NCBI RefSeq assembly: GCF_039932935.1
Contig: NZ_JBDTPB010000086.1
Span: 6,057-70,056, forward strand
DNA: 64,000 nt
Direction of reading: 5' to 3'
DNA from: Polaromonas sp.
GTDB taxonomy: Bacteria > Pseudomonadota > Gammaproteobacteria > Burkholderiales > Burkholderiaceae_C
Below the pieces are notes generated by a model that saw only the letters and a program-made list of their open reading frames with translations, made no database searches and was not told the DNA's origin. Shown here one piece after another: positions 55,161-63,777 of the stretch. The first letter of the stretch is position 1, and each line of letters starts with the position of its first letter. The translations under genes and the position numbers were made by a program.

Positions 55161-58120
55161 AAACTCTGGTGATTGCAGAAAAACCCTCGGTCGCACAAGA
55201 CATTGTGCGGGCGATCACGCCCACGGCGGGCAAGTTTGAAAAGCACGACGAGTACTTTGAGAGCGACGAATGGCTGGTCACCTCGGCTGTCGGCCACCTG
55301 GTCGAGATCCAGGCGCCCGAAGAGTTCGACGTCAAGCGCGGCAAATGGAGCTTTGCCAACCTGCCCGTCATCCCGCCCTACTTTGACTTGAAGCCCATGG
55401 ACAAGACGAAGACGCGGCTGAACGCGATCGTCAAGCTGACCAAACGCAAGGACGTGAGCGCCCTCGTCAACGCCTGCGACGCGGGCCGCGAGGGCGAGCT
55501 GATCTTCAGGCTGATCCAGCAGTACTCGGCCAGCAAACACCCGGTCAAGCGCCTGTGGCTGCAGTCCATGACGCCCGCGGCGATCCGCGAGGGCTTTGAA
55601 AGCCTGCGCACCGAAAAGCAGATGCAGGGCCTGGCCGACGCGGCGCGTTCGCGCTCCGAAGCCGACTGGATGGTCGGCATCAACGGCACCCGCGCCATGA
55701 CGGCCTTCAACTCGCGTGACGGCGGCTTCTTTTTGACGACCGTGGGCCGCGTGCAGACGCCAACCTTGTCTGTGGTGGTGGAACGCGAAGAAAAAATCCG
55801 CAAGTTCGTGAGCCGGGACTATTGGGAAATCCACGCCAGCTTTCTTGCCGAAGCCGGCGAATACCCTGCAAAGTGGTTTGACCCGAAGTGGAAGAAGGCT
55901 GCAGCCAATGCCGACAACACAGAGCCCGATGCCGAGCTGAAGGCCGACCGTGTGTGGTCTGAGCGTGAAGCCATGGCCATTGCTGAAGCCGTGCGCGGCA
56001 AGGCCGCCACGGTGACGGAAGAAAGCAAGCCCACCACGCAGGCCGCCGGCCTGCTGTTTGATTTGACGTCTTTGCAGCGCGAGGCCAACGGCAAGTTCGG
56101 CTTCTCGGCCAAGACCACGCTGTCGATCGCGCAAAGCCTGTACGAGCGCCACAAGGCACTGACCTACCCGCGTACCGATTCGCGCGCGCTGCCGGAAGAC
56201 TACCTGCCGGTGGTCAAGCAGACCTTTGAAATGCTGGCCGCCAGCTCGATGAAGCACCTGGCGCCGCATGCGGCCACGGCCATCAAGGGCAACTACATCA
56301 AGCCCAGCAAGCGCATTTTCGACAACGCCAAGGTGAGCGACCACTTCGCCATCATCCCAACGCTGCAGGCGCCCAGTGGCCTGAGCGAGGCCGAGCAAAA
56401 ACTGTATGACCTGGTGGTGCGCCGTTTCATGGCGGTGTTTTTCCCGAGTGCCGAATACCTGGTGACCACCCGTATATCGCAGTCCGTCGGCCACAGCTTC
56501 AAGACCGAGGGCAAGGTCCTGGTCAAGCCGGGCTGGCTCGCCATTTACGGCAAGGAAGCCGCCGACGAAGTGGCCGACGCCAAGGACGGCGACAAGGGCC
56601 AGAGCCTGGTGCCGGTCACGCCCGGCGAGATGGTGCGTGCCGAAGTGGTCGAGGCCAAGGGGCTGAAGACCCGGCCGCCCGCCCGCTATTCGGAAGCGAC
56701 ATTGCTGGGCGCGATGGAAGGCGCCGGCAAGACGATTGACGACGACGAGCTGCGCGAAGCCATGCAGGAAAAAGGCCTGGGCACCCCGGCCACCCGCGCC
56801 GCCACGATTGAAGGCTTGATCGCCGAGAAATACATGCTGCGCGAAGGCCGCGAGCTGATCCCCACGGCCAAGGCTTTTCAGCTGATGACGCTGCTGCGCG
56901 GGCTGGACGTGCAGGAGCTGTCAAAGGCCGAGCTCACCGGTGAGTGGGAGTTCAAGCTGGCACAAATGGAGCACGGCCAGCTGAGCCGCGAGACCTTCAT
57001 GGCCGAGATCGCCACCATGACCGAGCGCATGGTGGCCAAGGCCAAGGGCTATGACAAGGACACCATTCCTGGCGACTACGCCACGCTGACGGCGCCCTGC
57101 CCCAACTGCGGCGGCGTGATCAAGGAAAACTACCGCCGCTACACCTGCACCGGCAAGAAGGGCGACGACGGTTGCGGTTTCTCCTTTGGCAAGACGCCGG
57201 CCGGCCGCACCTTTGAAGTGGCCGAGGTCGAGCAGTTCCTGCGTGACAAAAAGATCGGGCCGCTGGACGGTTTCCGCTCCAAGGCCGGCTGGCCTTTCAC
57301 CGCCGAGATGGTGATCAAGTTTGACGAAGAGACGAAGAACTACAAGCTTGAATTCGACTTCGGCGACGACAAGAACGGTGAGACCGGCGAGATCGTCGAC
57401 TTCGGCGAACAACAGTCGCTCGGCCCTTGCCCGCGCTGTGCCTCACGCGTGCTTGAGCTCGGCAAAAACTACGTCTGCGAAAAGTCGGTGCCGACGAATG
57501 AGCAGCCCACGCCCAGCTGCACCTTCAAGACCGGCCAGGTGATATTGCAGCAGCCGATTGAACGCGAGCAGATGCACAAGCTGCTGGAAACCGGCAAGAC
57601 CGATTTGCTTGACAAGTTCGTTTCGATGCGCACGCGCCGCCCCTTCAAGGCCATGCTGGCCTGGGACAAAGAGGCCGACAAGGTGAATTTTGAATTCGCG
57701 CCGTCCAAATTCCCGCCGCGCAAACCGGCGGCGGCCAAGACCGGTACGGTGAAAACACCTTTCGGCAAGACGGTGGCGGCCAAGGGCGCACCCGCAGCGA
57801 AAAAGGTAGCGGCCAAAAAAGTCGCCGCCAAGAAAACGCCTGCTGTCAAAACCGCCAAGCCCAAGACCCCCCGTGTCGCCAAGCCGGGCGCAGGCCTCAA
57901 GCCCAGCGACGCGTTGGCTGCGGTGATTGGTGCCGAGCCGGTGGCCCGCACCCAGGTCATCAAAAAGCTCTGGGACTACATCAAGGCCGAAGGCCTGCAG
58001 GACGCGGCCAACAAGCGCGCCATCAATGCCGACGCCAAGCTGCTGCCGGTGTTCGGCAAGCCGCAGGTCACGATGTTTGAGTTGGCCGGGATTGTGGGCA
58101 AGCACCTGACCGCAGAGTAA
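55157..58120 (+). CDS. topB: DNA topoisomerase III with zinc ribbons, Lys/Ala-rich linker and C-terminal SWIB/MDM2 domain
   Basis: IAEKPS Toprim, CDAGREGE, GRVQTPT, catalytic TYPRTDS, GLGTPATRA, and SWIB motif VIKKLWDYIKAEGLQDAANKRAINAD. Confidence 0.96.
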   Translation: MKTLVIAEKPSVAQDIVRAITPTAGKFEKHDEYFESDEWLVTSAVGHLVEIQAPEEFDVKRGKWSFANLPVIPPYFDLKPMDKTKTRLNAIVKLTKRKDVSALVNACDAGREGELIFRLIQQYSASKHPVKRLWLQSMTPAAIREGFESLRTEKQMQGLADAARSRSEADWMVGINGTRAMTAFNSRDGGFFLTTVGRVQTPTLSVVVEREEKIRKFVSRDYWEIHASFLAEAGEYPAKWFDPKWKKAAANADNTEPDAELKADRVWSEREAMAIAEAVRGKAATVTEESKPTTQAAGLLFDLTSLQREANGKFGFSAKTTLSIAQSLYERHKALTYPRTDSRALPEDYLPVVKQTFEMLAASSMKHLAPHAATAIKGNYIKPSKRIFDNAKVSDHFAIIPTLQAPSGLSEAEQKLYDLVVRRFMAVFFPSAEYLVTTRISQSVGHSFKTEGKVLVKPGWLAIYGKEAADEVADAKDGDKGQSLVPVTPGEMVRAEVVEAKGLKTRPPARYSEATLLGAMEGAGKTIDDDELREAMQEKGLGTPATRAATIEGLIAEKYMLREGRELIPTAKAFQLMTLLRGLDVQELSKAELTGEWEFKLAQMEHGQLSRETFMAEIATMTERMVAKAKGYDKDTIPGDYATLTAPCPNCGGVIKENYRRYTCTGKKGDDGCGFSFGKTPAGRTFEVAEVEQFLRDKKIGPLDGFRSKAGWPFTAEMVIKFDEETKNYKLEFDFGDDKNGETGEIVDFGEQQSLGPCPRCASRVLELGKNYVCEKSVPTNEQPTPSCTFKTGQVILQQPIEREQMHKLLETGKTDLLDKFVSMRTRRPFKAMLAWDKEADKVNFEFAPSKFPPRKPAAAKTGTVKTPFGKTVAAKGAPAAKKVAAKKVAAKKTPAVKTAKPKTPRVAKPGAGLKPSDALAAVIGAEPVARTQVIKKLWDYIKAEGLQDAANKRAINADAKLLPVFGKPQVTMFELAGIVGKHLTAE

Positions 58121-58136
58121 AGGGCGGGCAGGGTTC

Positions 58137-58200
58137 GCTACTATTTTGATAGCTGCTTGCGCGCGTCTTCATTGGGCTACAGCCTGATCTGATATAAAAA
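58137..58200 (-). repeat. REP-like family B, copy 9 (inverted)
   Basis: Reverse strand reads GCCCAATGAAGACGCGCGCAAGCAGCTATCAAAATAGTAGC. Confidence 0.8.
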
Positions 58201-58232
58201 ATCTGCGCCGAATTGACTTGTACGGACCGCGC

Positions 58233-59453
58233 TCAGGTCACTGGATCGGGCAGCTGCCGCAGCGCATGCAGCTGCGAGGCAAAAATCACCCCCGCCTGCA
58301 GCGCAAAGCCCGCCAGTGCCAGCCACAGGCAGGCCGCTTCGCCCATAGACGCACCCACCACACCGCCCAGCGCCGCACCGATAGGGCGCGACCCGGCGTT
58401 GACGGCCAGAAACACTGCCGAGACGCGCCCCAGCATGGCGTGAGGCGTCACGCTCTGGCGCAAGGTTGTGGAAGTGATGGTCCAGACGATGGGCTCGACG
58501 CCGAACAGGAAAAATGCCGTGCCCGCCAGCATGCCGCTGGGCACAAAAAGCGTGGCCACCATGGTCGCGGCAGCCAACACCGATACGGCCGGGCCGAGCT
58601 GGATGGCGCGGCCAAAGGGCATGGCCGCCACCACACGCGGCGACAGCAGCGCCCCCACCACCATGCCGGCGCCGTAGGCGCCAAGCGTGATGCCCACGCC
58701 CTGCGCTGTCAGGCCCAGCACGCGCACTGCGTAAGGCACATACGCCGCCTGCAGCACAAACCAGGCGATGTTCCAGACAATTCCCGTGAGCACCATGGGC
58801 CGCAAATAGGGTTGTTGCCAGACAAACTGCGCACCGTCGCGAATCTCCAGCAACGCGTGGCGCCCTGCAGCTGGCGTGCGCGCCGGTTCGGACAGGCGCA
58901 GCAGCAAGGCCACGGCCGAGGCCGACATCAGCGCGGCCAGCACAAAGGCAGCCGGGGCGCCGGCCCAGGCCACCAGCGCCCCGGCCAGCGCCGGCCCGGC
59001 CGCATACGCCATGCTGCGTGCCAGCTCCAGCCGACCGTTGGCGCACACCAGTGCTTCGCGCGGCACGATAGCGGGCACCAGCGCGGGAGCCGCCACGCTG
59101 AAACAGACCGTGCCCACGGCGCCGATAAAACCCAGCAGCGCCAGCCCCGCAATCGACAGCTGGCCCGACAGCACCATGGCCAGCAGCGCCAGCAAAGACA
59201 GCGCGCGCAGGGTTTCGGCGGCCACCATCAGGCGGCAGCGCGAGAAGCGGTCGGCCAGCAAACCCAGCGGAATCGACAGCAGCAGGAAGGGCAGGGTTTG
59301 CAGCGCCGCCAGCAAGCCGATCTCGCCCGGCCCGGCGCCCAGCATCAGCACCGCGACCAGTGGCACTGCTGCCAGGCTCAACTGTTCGGCGGACTGGGCG
59401 GCGAGGTTGGACCACGCCAGACGTTTGAAGGGAGGGGGAAGTGGGGCTTGCAT
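58233..59453 (-). CDS. MFS transporter
   Basis: About 12 TM segments; GLLADRFSRCR motif A; LRQSVTPHAMLGRV. Confidence 0.9.
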   Translation of the reverse strand: MQAPLPPPFKRLAWSNLAAQSAEQLSLAAVPLVAVLMLGAGPGEIGLLAALQTLPFLLLSIPLGLLADRFSRCRLMVAAETLRALSLLALLAMVLSGQLSIAGLALLGFIGAVGTVCFSVAAPALVPAIVPREALVCANGRLELARSMAYAAGPALAGALVAWAGAPAAFVLAALMSASAVALLLRLSEPARTPAAGRHALLEIRDGAQFVWQQPYLRPMVLTGIVWNIAWFVLQAAYVPYAVRVLGLTAQGVGITLGAYGAGMVVGALLSPRVVAAMPFGRAIQLGPAVSVLAAATMVATLFVPSGMLAGTAFFLFGVEPIVWTITSTTLRQSVTPHAMLGRVSAVFLAVNAGSRPIGAALGGVVGASMGEAACLWLALAGFALQAGVIFASQLHALRQLPDPVT

Positions 59454-59537
59454 GGGCACGATGAATGAGAGTGCCATTGTGCCCACGGGGGCATTGCCGC
59501 GCTGGCCATTACCGGACCTGCGATGGCCTGAGCGCGC

Positions 59538-60197
59538 TCAGCGCAGCTGCATCGCGGGCCAGCCGCGCTTGCCGCCGATGGCAGCCAGCGTGGCGTCGGC
59601 GTTCACCGTCACCGGGTGCTTGACGGCCTCCAGCAGCGGCAGGTCGTTGATCGAGTCGCTGTAGGCCGTTGTTTTGCAATCCTTGAAATGCAGGCCGCGC
59701 GCCGTAAGCCACGCATGCAGGCGCTCGACCTTGCCTTCCCGCATGTTGAGCACGCCCGTGGTGCTGCCGGTAAAGCGGCTGCCTTGCATCTCAGGCTCTG
59801 TCGCGATCAGGTGTTCGATGTCGAAGTAGATCGCCGTCAGCTCGGTGATGAAGCGGTTGGTGGCGGTGGTCATCACCACGAGGTCGCCGGCCTCCAGGTG
59901 TTTGTCGACCAGCGCCAGGGCCGCCGGCGTGATGCGCGGCACGATCCAGTCGGCCAGGAACTCCTGCCGCAGCGGCTCCCATTCCTCTGCCGTTCGCCCG
60001 GCGAGTGTTCCCACATAAAAGTCGGCGAACTCTTTGAGGCCCACGGTGCCGGCCCGGTAGCGCGCCGCCATGTCGGCATTGCGTACGGTGAATTCGGTTT
60101 TACCGAGGATGCCTTTTTCGATCAGGAAGTCGCACCACAGCACATCGCTGTCACCGTTGAGGATGGTGTGGTCGAGGTCGAAGAGCGTGAGCTTCAT
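59538..60197 (-). CDS. HAD-IB family phosphatase (SerB-like)
   Basis: LFDLDHT and AYSDSINDLPLL. Confidence 0.9.
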   Translation of the reverse strand: MKLTLFDLDHTILNGDSDVLWCDFLIEKGILGKTEFTVRNADMAARYRAGTVGLKEFADFYVGTLAGRTAEEWEPLRQEFLADWIVPRITPAALALVDKHLEAGDLVVMTTATNRFITELTAIYFDIEHLIATEPEMQGSRFTGSTTGVLNMREGKVERLHAWLTARGLHFKDCKTTAYSDSINDLPLLEAVKHPVTVNADATLAAIGGKRGWPAMQLR

Positions 60198-60224
60198 ATT
60201 TGTTTGCCGGGAATGCAATTTTCC

Positions 60225-60298
60225 GCAGGGCCGCCCCAAGGAAAATTAGCCCACTCGGGGGGCAGCGTACTACGCGAAGCGAAAAGCGTGGGGGTCAC
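60225..60298 (+). repeat. Family A repeat, copy 3 (variant 5' half)
   Basis: CCCACTCGGGGGGCAGCGTACTACGCGAAGCGAAAAGCGTGGGGGTCA shares the 3' half with the 51974 and 52077 copies. Confidence 0.75.
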
Positions 60299-61665
60299 GT
60301 CCGCAGATGCCAGGCTTTGGGGCGTGTGAAAGTCTGGATGCCATAGGTCGAGAGCGTCAAGCCCACACCCGAATCGCCATAACCGCTCCACGGCAAACGC
60401 GGGCTCACGCGGTCGCAGCAGTTCCAGTAGACACTGCCGGCATTGACCTGGCTCAGCAAGGTCTTCGCACGCGCTTCGTCGGGGGTAAAAACGCCGGCTG
60501 TCAGGCCGTAGCGTGTGTCGTTCATGAGCTTGACGGCTTCCGCGTCCCCAGAGACTTTCTGGATGCCGATGATGGGACCGAAGCTTTCCTCGCGCATCAG
60601 TTCCATGCTGTGGTTCACATTGCTGAAGACGGTCGGCTCGTACCAGTTGCCCAGGCCTGCACCGCGTTTACCGCCGGCCAGCAGCGTCGCACCCTTGACT
60701 TTCGCGTCGGCGACCTGGGCATCCAGCACGTCGAGCTGCGGCGCGCGCGTGATTGCGCCTATGTAGGTGTCGTCGCCCATCGGGTCGCCCGTCTTGAAGG
60801 TCTTGACCGTTTCCAGGAAGGCGGTGACGAAGGCGTCGTAAATTTTCTCGTGCACGTAAATGCGCTCGACGGAGCAGCAGCTCTGGCCGGTGTTGTACAT
60901 CGCGCCGTCGGCCAGCGACTCGGCCGCGTTCTTCGGGTCGGCGTCTTCGCAGACATAAGTCGGGTCTTTGCCGCCCAGTTCAAGCTGCAGCTTGACCAGG
61001 CGCGGGCCCAGGGCCTGTGCGATCTTGGCGCCGGTCGCGTGTGAACCGGTGAAAAAGAGGCCGTCGATTTTTTGTTCCATCAGCGCAGCACCCACAGCGC
61101 CGCCGCCTATCAGCGGCACAAACACGTCTTGCGGAATGCCGGCCGCATGCAGCAGGCGGGCCATGGCCAGGCCCGACATCGCGGCGTATTCCGAAGGCTT
61201 GTACAGCACCGCATTGCCCGTGAGCAATGCCGGAATGAACACATTGCCGCCGACAAACCAGGGGTAGTTCCACGCCGAGATGTTCGCCACCACGCCCAGC
61301 GGCGTGTGCTCGATCTGCTCGGTCATGCCGCCCTCGTTGAACACGGTTTGCGTGCCCGTGGCGCCACCCACCTCGGCCAGGAAAAAGTCGATGCGCCCCA
61401 GCAGCCCGTTGAGTTCGTTGCGCGACATCTTGATGGGCTTGCCAGTTTCGCGCGTCATGATGGCGGCGAGCCCGTCCAGTTCGGCCACGATGCCCGCGCG
61501 AAAGCGCGTGATGCAAGCCTTGCGCTCGTCCATGGGCACCGTCGCCCAGGCGGCCTGCGCGATGCGCGCCCGCTGTGCCTTTGTGGCTACCGAAGCTGCG
61601 TCATCGGCGGGCAGATCGGTGATCAGCGCGCCCGTGGCAGGATTGTGGATGGCGAGAGTGTTCAT
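60295..61665 (-). CDS. Aldehyde dehydrogenase
   Basis: ISAWNYP, FTGS, LELGGKDP, GQSCC catalytic Cys and EESFGP. Confidence 0.95.
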   Translation of the reverse strand: MNTLAIHNPATGALITDLPADDAASVATKAQRARIAQAAWATVPMDERKACITRFRAGIVAELDGLAAIMTRETGKPIKMSRNELNGLLGRIDFFLAEVGGATGTQTVFNEGGMTEQIEHTPLGVVANISAWNYPWFVGGNVFIPALLTGNAVLYKPSEYAAMSGLAMARLLHAAGIPQDVFVPLIGGGAVGAALMEQKIDGLFFTGSHATGAKIAQALGPRLVKLQLELGGKDPTYVCEDADPKNAAESLADGAMYNTGQSCCSVERIYVHEKIYDAFVTAFLETVKTFKTGDPMGDDTYIGAITRAPQLDVLDAQVADAKVKGATLLAGGKRGAGLGNWYEPTVFSNVNHSMELMREESFGPIIGIQKVSGDAEAVKLMNDTRYGLTAGVFTPDEARAKTLLSQVNAGSVYWNCCDRVSPRLPWSGYGDSGVGLTLSTYGIQTFTRPKAWHLRT

Positions 61666-61667
61666 GT

Positions 61668-62462
61668 TTACTTTGCCTTGTGTTTGGCGGCGGCCACGGC
61701 CGCGAGGAAATCATTCAGAACGGCAGCGTCGTCAATCGTGTCGGAACCGGGTTTGTGGAATTCAGGATGCCACTGGGTGGCGGCGATGTAGCTCTTGGTT
61801 TTGTCCTTGCGGCGTATCGCTTCCACAATGCCGTCGTCCACGCTGAAGGCTTCAGCCTCAAACTCGGGTGACAAATCCTTGATGCCCTGGTGGTGGATGC
61901 TGTTGACGCGTACGCGCTCCACACCGGGGTACATGGCCGACAGTCTGGAGCCCTGCACGATGTTCACACTGTGAAAATTCTGGTCGTAGGTCACGGCGTC
62001 GCGGTGCACGAAGGACTCGGGCACCTGTGTGTTGATGTCCTGGTACAGCGTGCCGCCAAAGGCCACGTTCAGCAGCTGCAGGCCGCGGCACACACCGAAG
62101 ACGGGTTTGCCGGCTCTTTCAAAAGCGGCCACCAGGGCTTTGTCGTACTCGTCGCGCACACGGTCGCCTGACCATTTCTCCTCCAGCGGCTCCTCGCCGT
62201 AGCTGCCGGGCCAGACATCGGCGCCGCCATGCAAAACCAGGCCATCCAGCCACTGCGCATAATGTTCATAGGTCACGTCGCCACGCTGCGTGCTGCCCGT
62301 GGGGCACGGCACCATCACGACCATGGCGCCGGAAGACATCAACCAGTGCGCAATCGATTGTTCGACGTACTGCAGCGTCTTGCCGGTGAAGAAGGAGCGT
62401 GTTGGGTCGGCATGCGAGAAGCAGGCTGAGAGGCCGATCTTGAGGCGAGAGGCGGCGGTCAT
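61668..62462 (-). CDS. Gamma-glutamyl-gamma-aminobutyrate hydrolase-like class I glutamine amidotransferase (PuuD-like)
   Basis: LHGGADV, GVCRGLQLLNV, VNSIHHQG and QWHPE. Confidence 0.92.
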   Translation of the reverse strand: MTAASRLKIGLSACFSHADPTRSFFTGKTLQYVEQSIAHWLMSSGAMVVMVPCPTGSTQRGDVTYEHYAQWLDGLVLHGGADVWPGSYGEEPLEEKWSGDRVRDEYDKALVAAFERAGKPVFGVCRGLQLLNVAFGGTLYQDINTQVPESFVHRDAVTYDQNFHSVNIVQGSRLSAMYPGVERVRVNSIHHQGIKDLSPEFEAEAFSVDDGIVEAIRRKDKTKSYIAATQWHPEFHKPGSDTIDDAAVLNDFLAAVAAAKHKAK

Positions 62463-62466
62463 AGTG

Positions 62467-62584
62467 AAGCCCCCACGCTTTTCACTTCGTGTAATGCGCT
62501 TCCCCCCGAGGGGGCGCTGCGCCTGCGGCCCGGCCCTTCGACAGGCTCAGGACCGGCCAAGGTCGGTTCCGCGGCCCCGGCTGG
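62467..62584 (-). repeat. Family A repeat, copy 4 (inverted, with insertion)
   Basis: Reverse strand reads GGGGCCGCGGAACCG...GCCGGGCCGCAGGCGCAGCGCCCCCTCGGGGGGAAGCGCATTACACGAAGTGAAAAGCGTGGGGGC. Confidence 0.82.
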
Positions 62585-62619
62585 AAGCAGAACTCTCAGA
62601 AAGGTCGTTATGTCGGTAC

Positions 62620-63753
62620 TCATAAAGCGGCTTCGAACAATTTTTGGAAGTCTTCTGATTTGCAGGGGCGCGGATTCGTCTGGTGGCAGATGTCAGCCGT
62701 GGCGATTTCCACCAGGCGCGGCAGGTGCTCACGCTTGACGCCATGAGCCGACAGTGAGCCGGTGATGCCGACGCTTTCTTTCAGCTGCTTGAGCCAGGGC
62801 ACAAAAGCCTTGCCGCCCCCAGCGACGCCGCACACATGGGCCAGCTCGTCAAACTTGGCGGGTGCCGATTCGTAGTTCCAGGCCAGCACGGTGTCGATCA
62901 TCAGCGCGTTGGCCAGCCCATGGTGCAGGTCGCACACGGTGCCCAGCGCATGCGCGCACGAGTGCACGGCGCCCAGGTCTTTCTGGAAGGCGATGGCGCC
63001 CATCATCGACGCCATCATCATGTCGCTGCGTGCGTCCAGATTGGACGGCTCCTTCACGGCCTTGAGCAGCGCGCGGGCCGCGATGCGTGTGCCTTCGAGC
63101 GCGATGCCGTCGCACAGCGGGTGGTAGGCCGGCGAGAGGTAGCTTTCGATGTTGTGTGTGAGGGCGTCCATGCCGGTGGCGGCCGTCACATGCGGCGGCA
63201 GGGCCAGTGTGAGCTCCGGGTCGGCGAACACCACCTTGGCCAGAATCTTGGGACTGAACACCACGCGCTTGATGTGCGTGTCGTTTTCGCTGACGACCGA
63301 AGAGCGGCCCACCTCGGAGCCGGTGCCCGACGTCGTGGGCAAGGCCACGAAGTAAGGCAACTCGTTCACGATGGGGCGTACTTTGGGATGGTCCCAGACG
63401 TATTCGAGGATGTCGCCTTCGTGCGTGGCGGCAATGCCCACCACCTTGGCGACGTCCAGCGCCGCGCCGCCGCCAAAGCCGATCACGCAGTCCGCCTTGT
63501 GGGCCTTGTAAGCTGCGGCGCCATCCATGACCTGGCTGCAGGTCGGGTTGCCGAAGACGCCAGAGAACACCGCTACGTCCAGCCCTGCCAGGTGGGTTTT
63601 GAATTCAGCGAGCACCGGCAGCGCGCCCAGCGCCTTGTCGGTCACGATCAGCGGGCGTTTGCAGCCGGCGTCAAGCAGCGCCTGCGCGACCTGCTTGCGG
63701 GCGCCAGCGCCGAAGCGGATGGCGGTGGGGAAGGAGAAGTTGGTGGTGCTCAT
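62620..63753 (-). CDS. Iron-containing alcohol dehydrogenase
   Basis: GFGGGAALD, PTTSGTGSE, DALTHNIES and HSCAH. Confidence 0.94.
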   Translation of the reverse strand: MSTTNFSFPTAIRFGAGARKQVAQALLDAGCKRPLIVTDKALGALPVLAEFKTHLAGLDVAVFSGVFGNPTCSQVMDGAAAYKAHKADCVIGFGGGAALDVAKVVGIAATHEGDILEYVWDHPKVRPIVNELPYFVALPTTSGTGSEVGRSSVVSENDTHIKRVVFSPKILAKVVFADPELTLALPPHVTAATGMDALTHNIESYLSPAYHPLCDGIALEGTRIAARALLKAVKEPSNLDARSDMMMASMMGAIAFQKDLGAVHSCAHALGTVCDLHHGLANALMIDTVLAWNYESAPAKFDELAHVCGVAGGGKAFVPWLKQLKESVGITGSLSAHGVKREHLPRLVEIATADICHQTNPRPCKSEDFQKLFEAAL

Positions 63754-63777
63754 GGGGTGTTTTCTTGTGAAGGCGTT

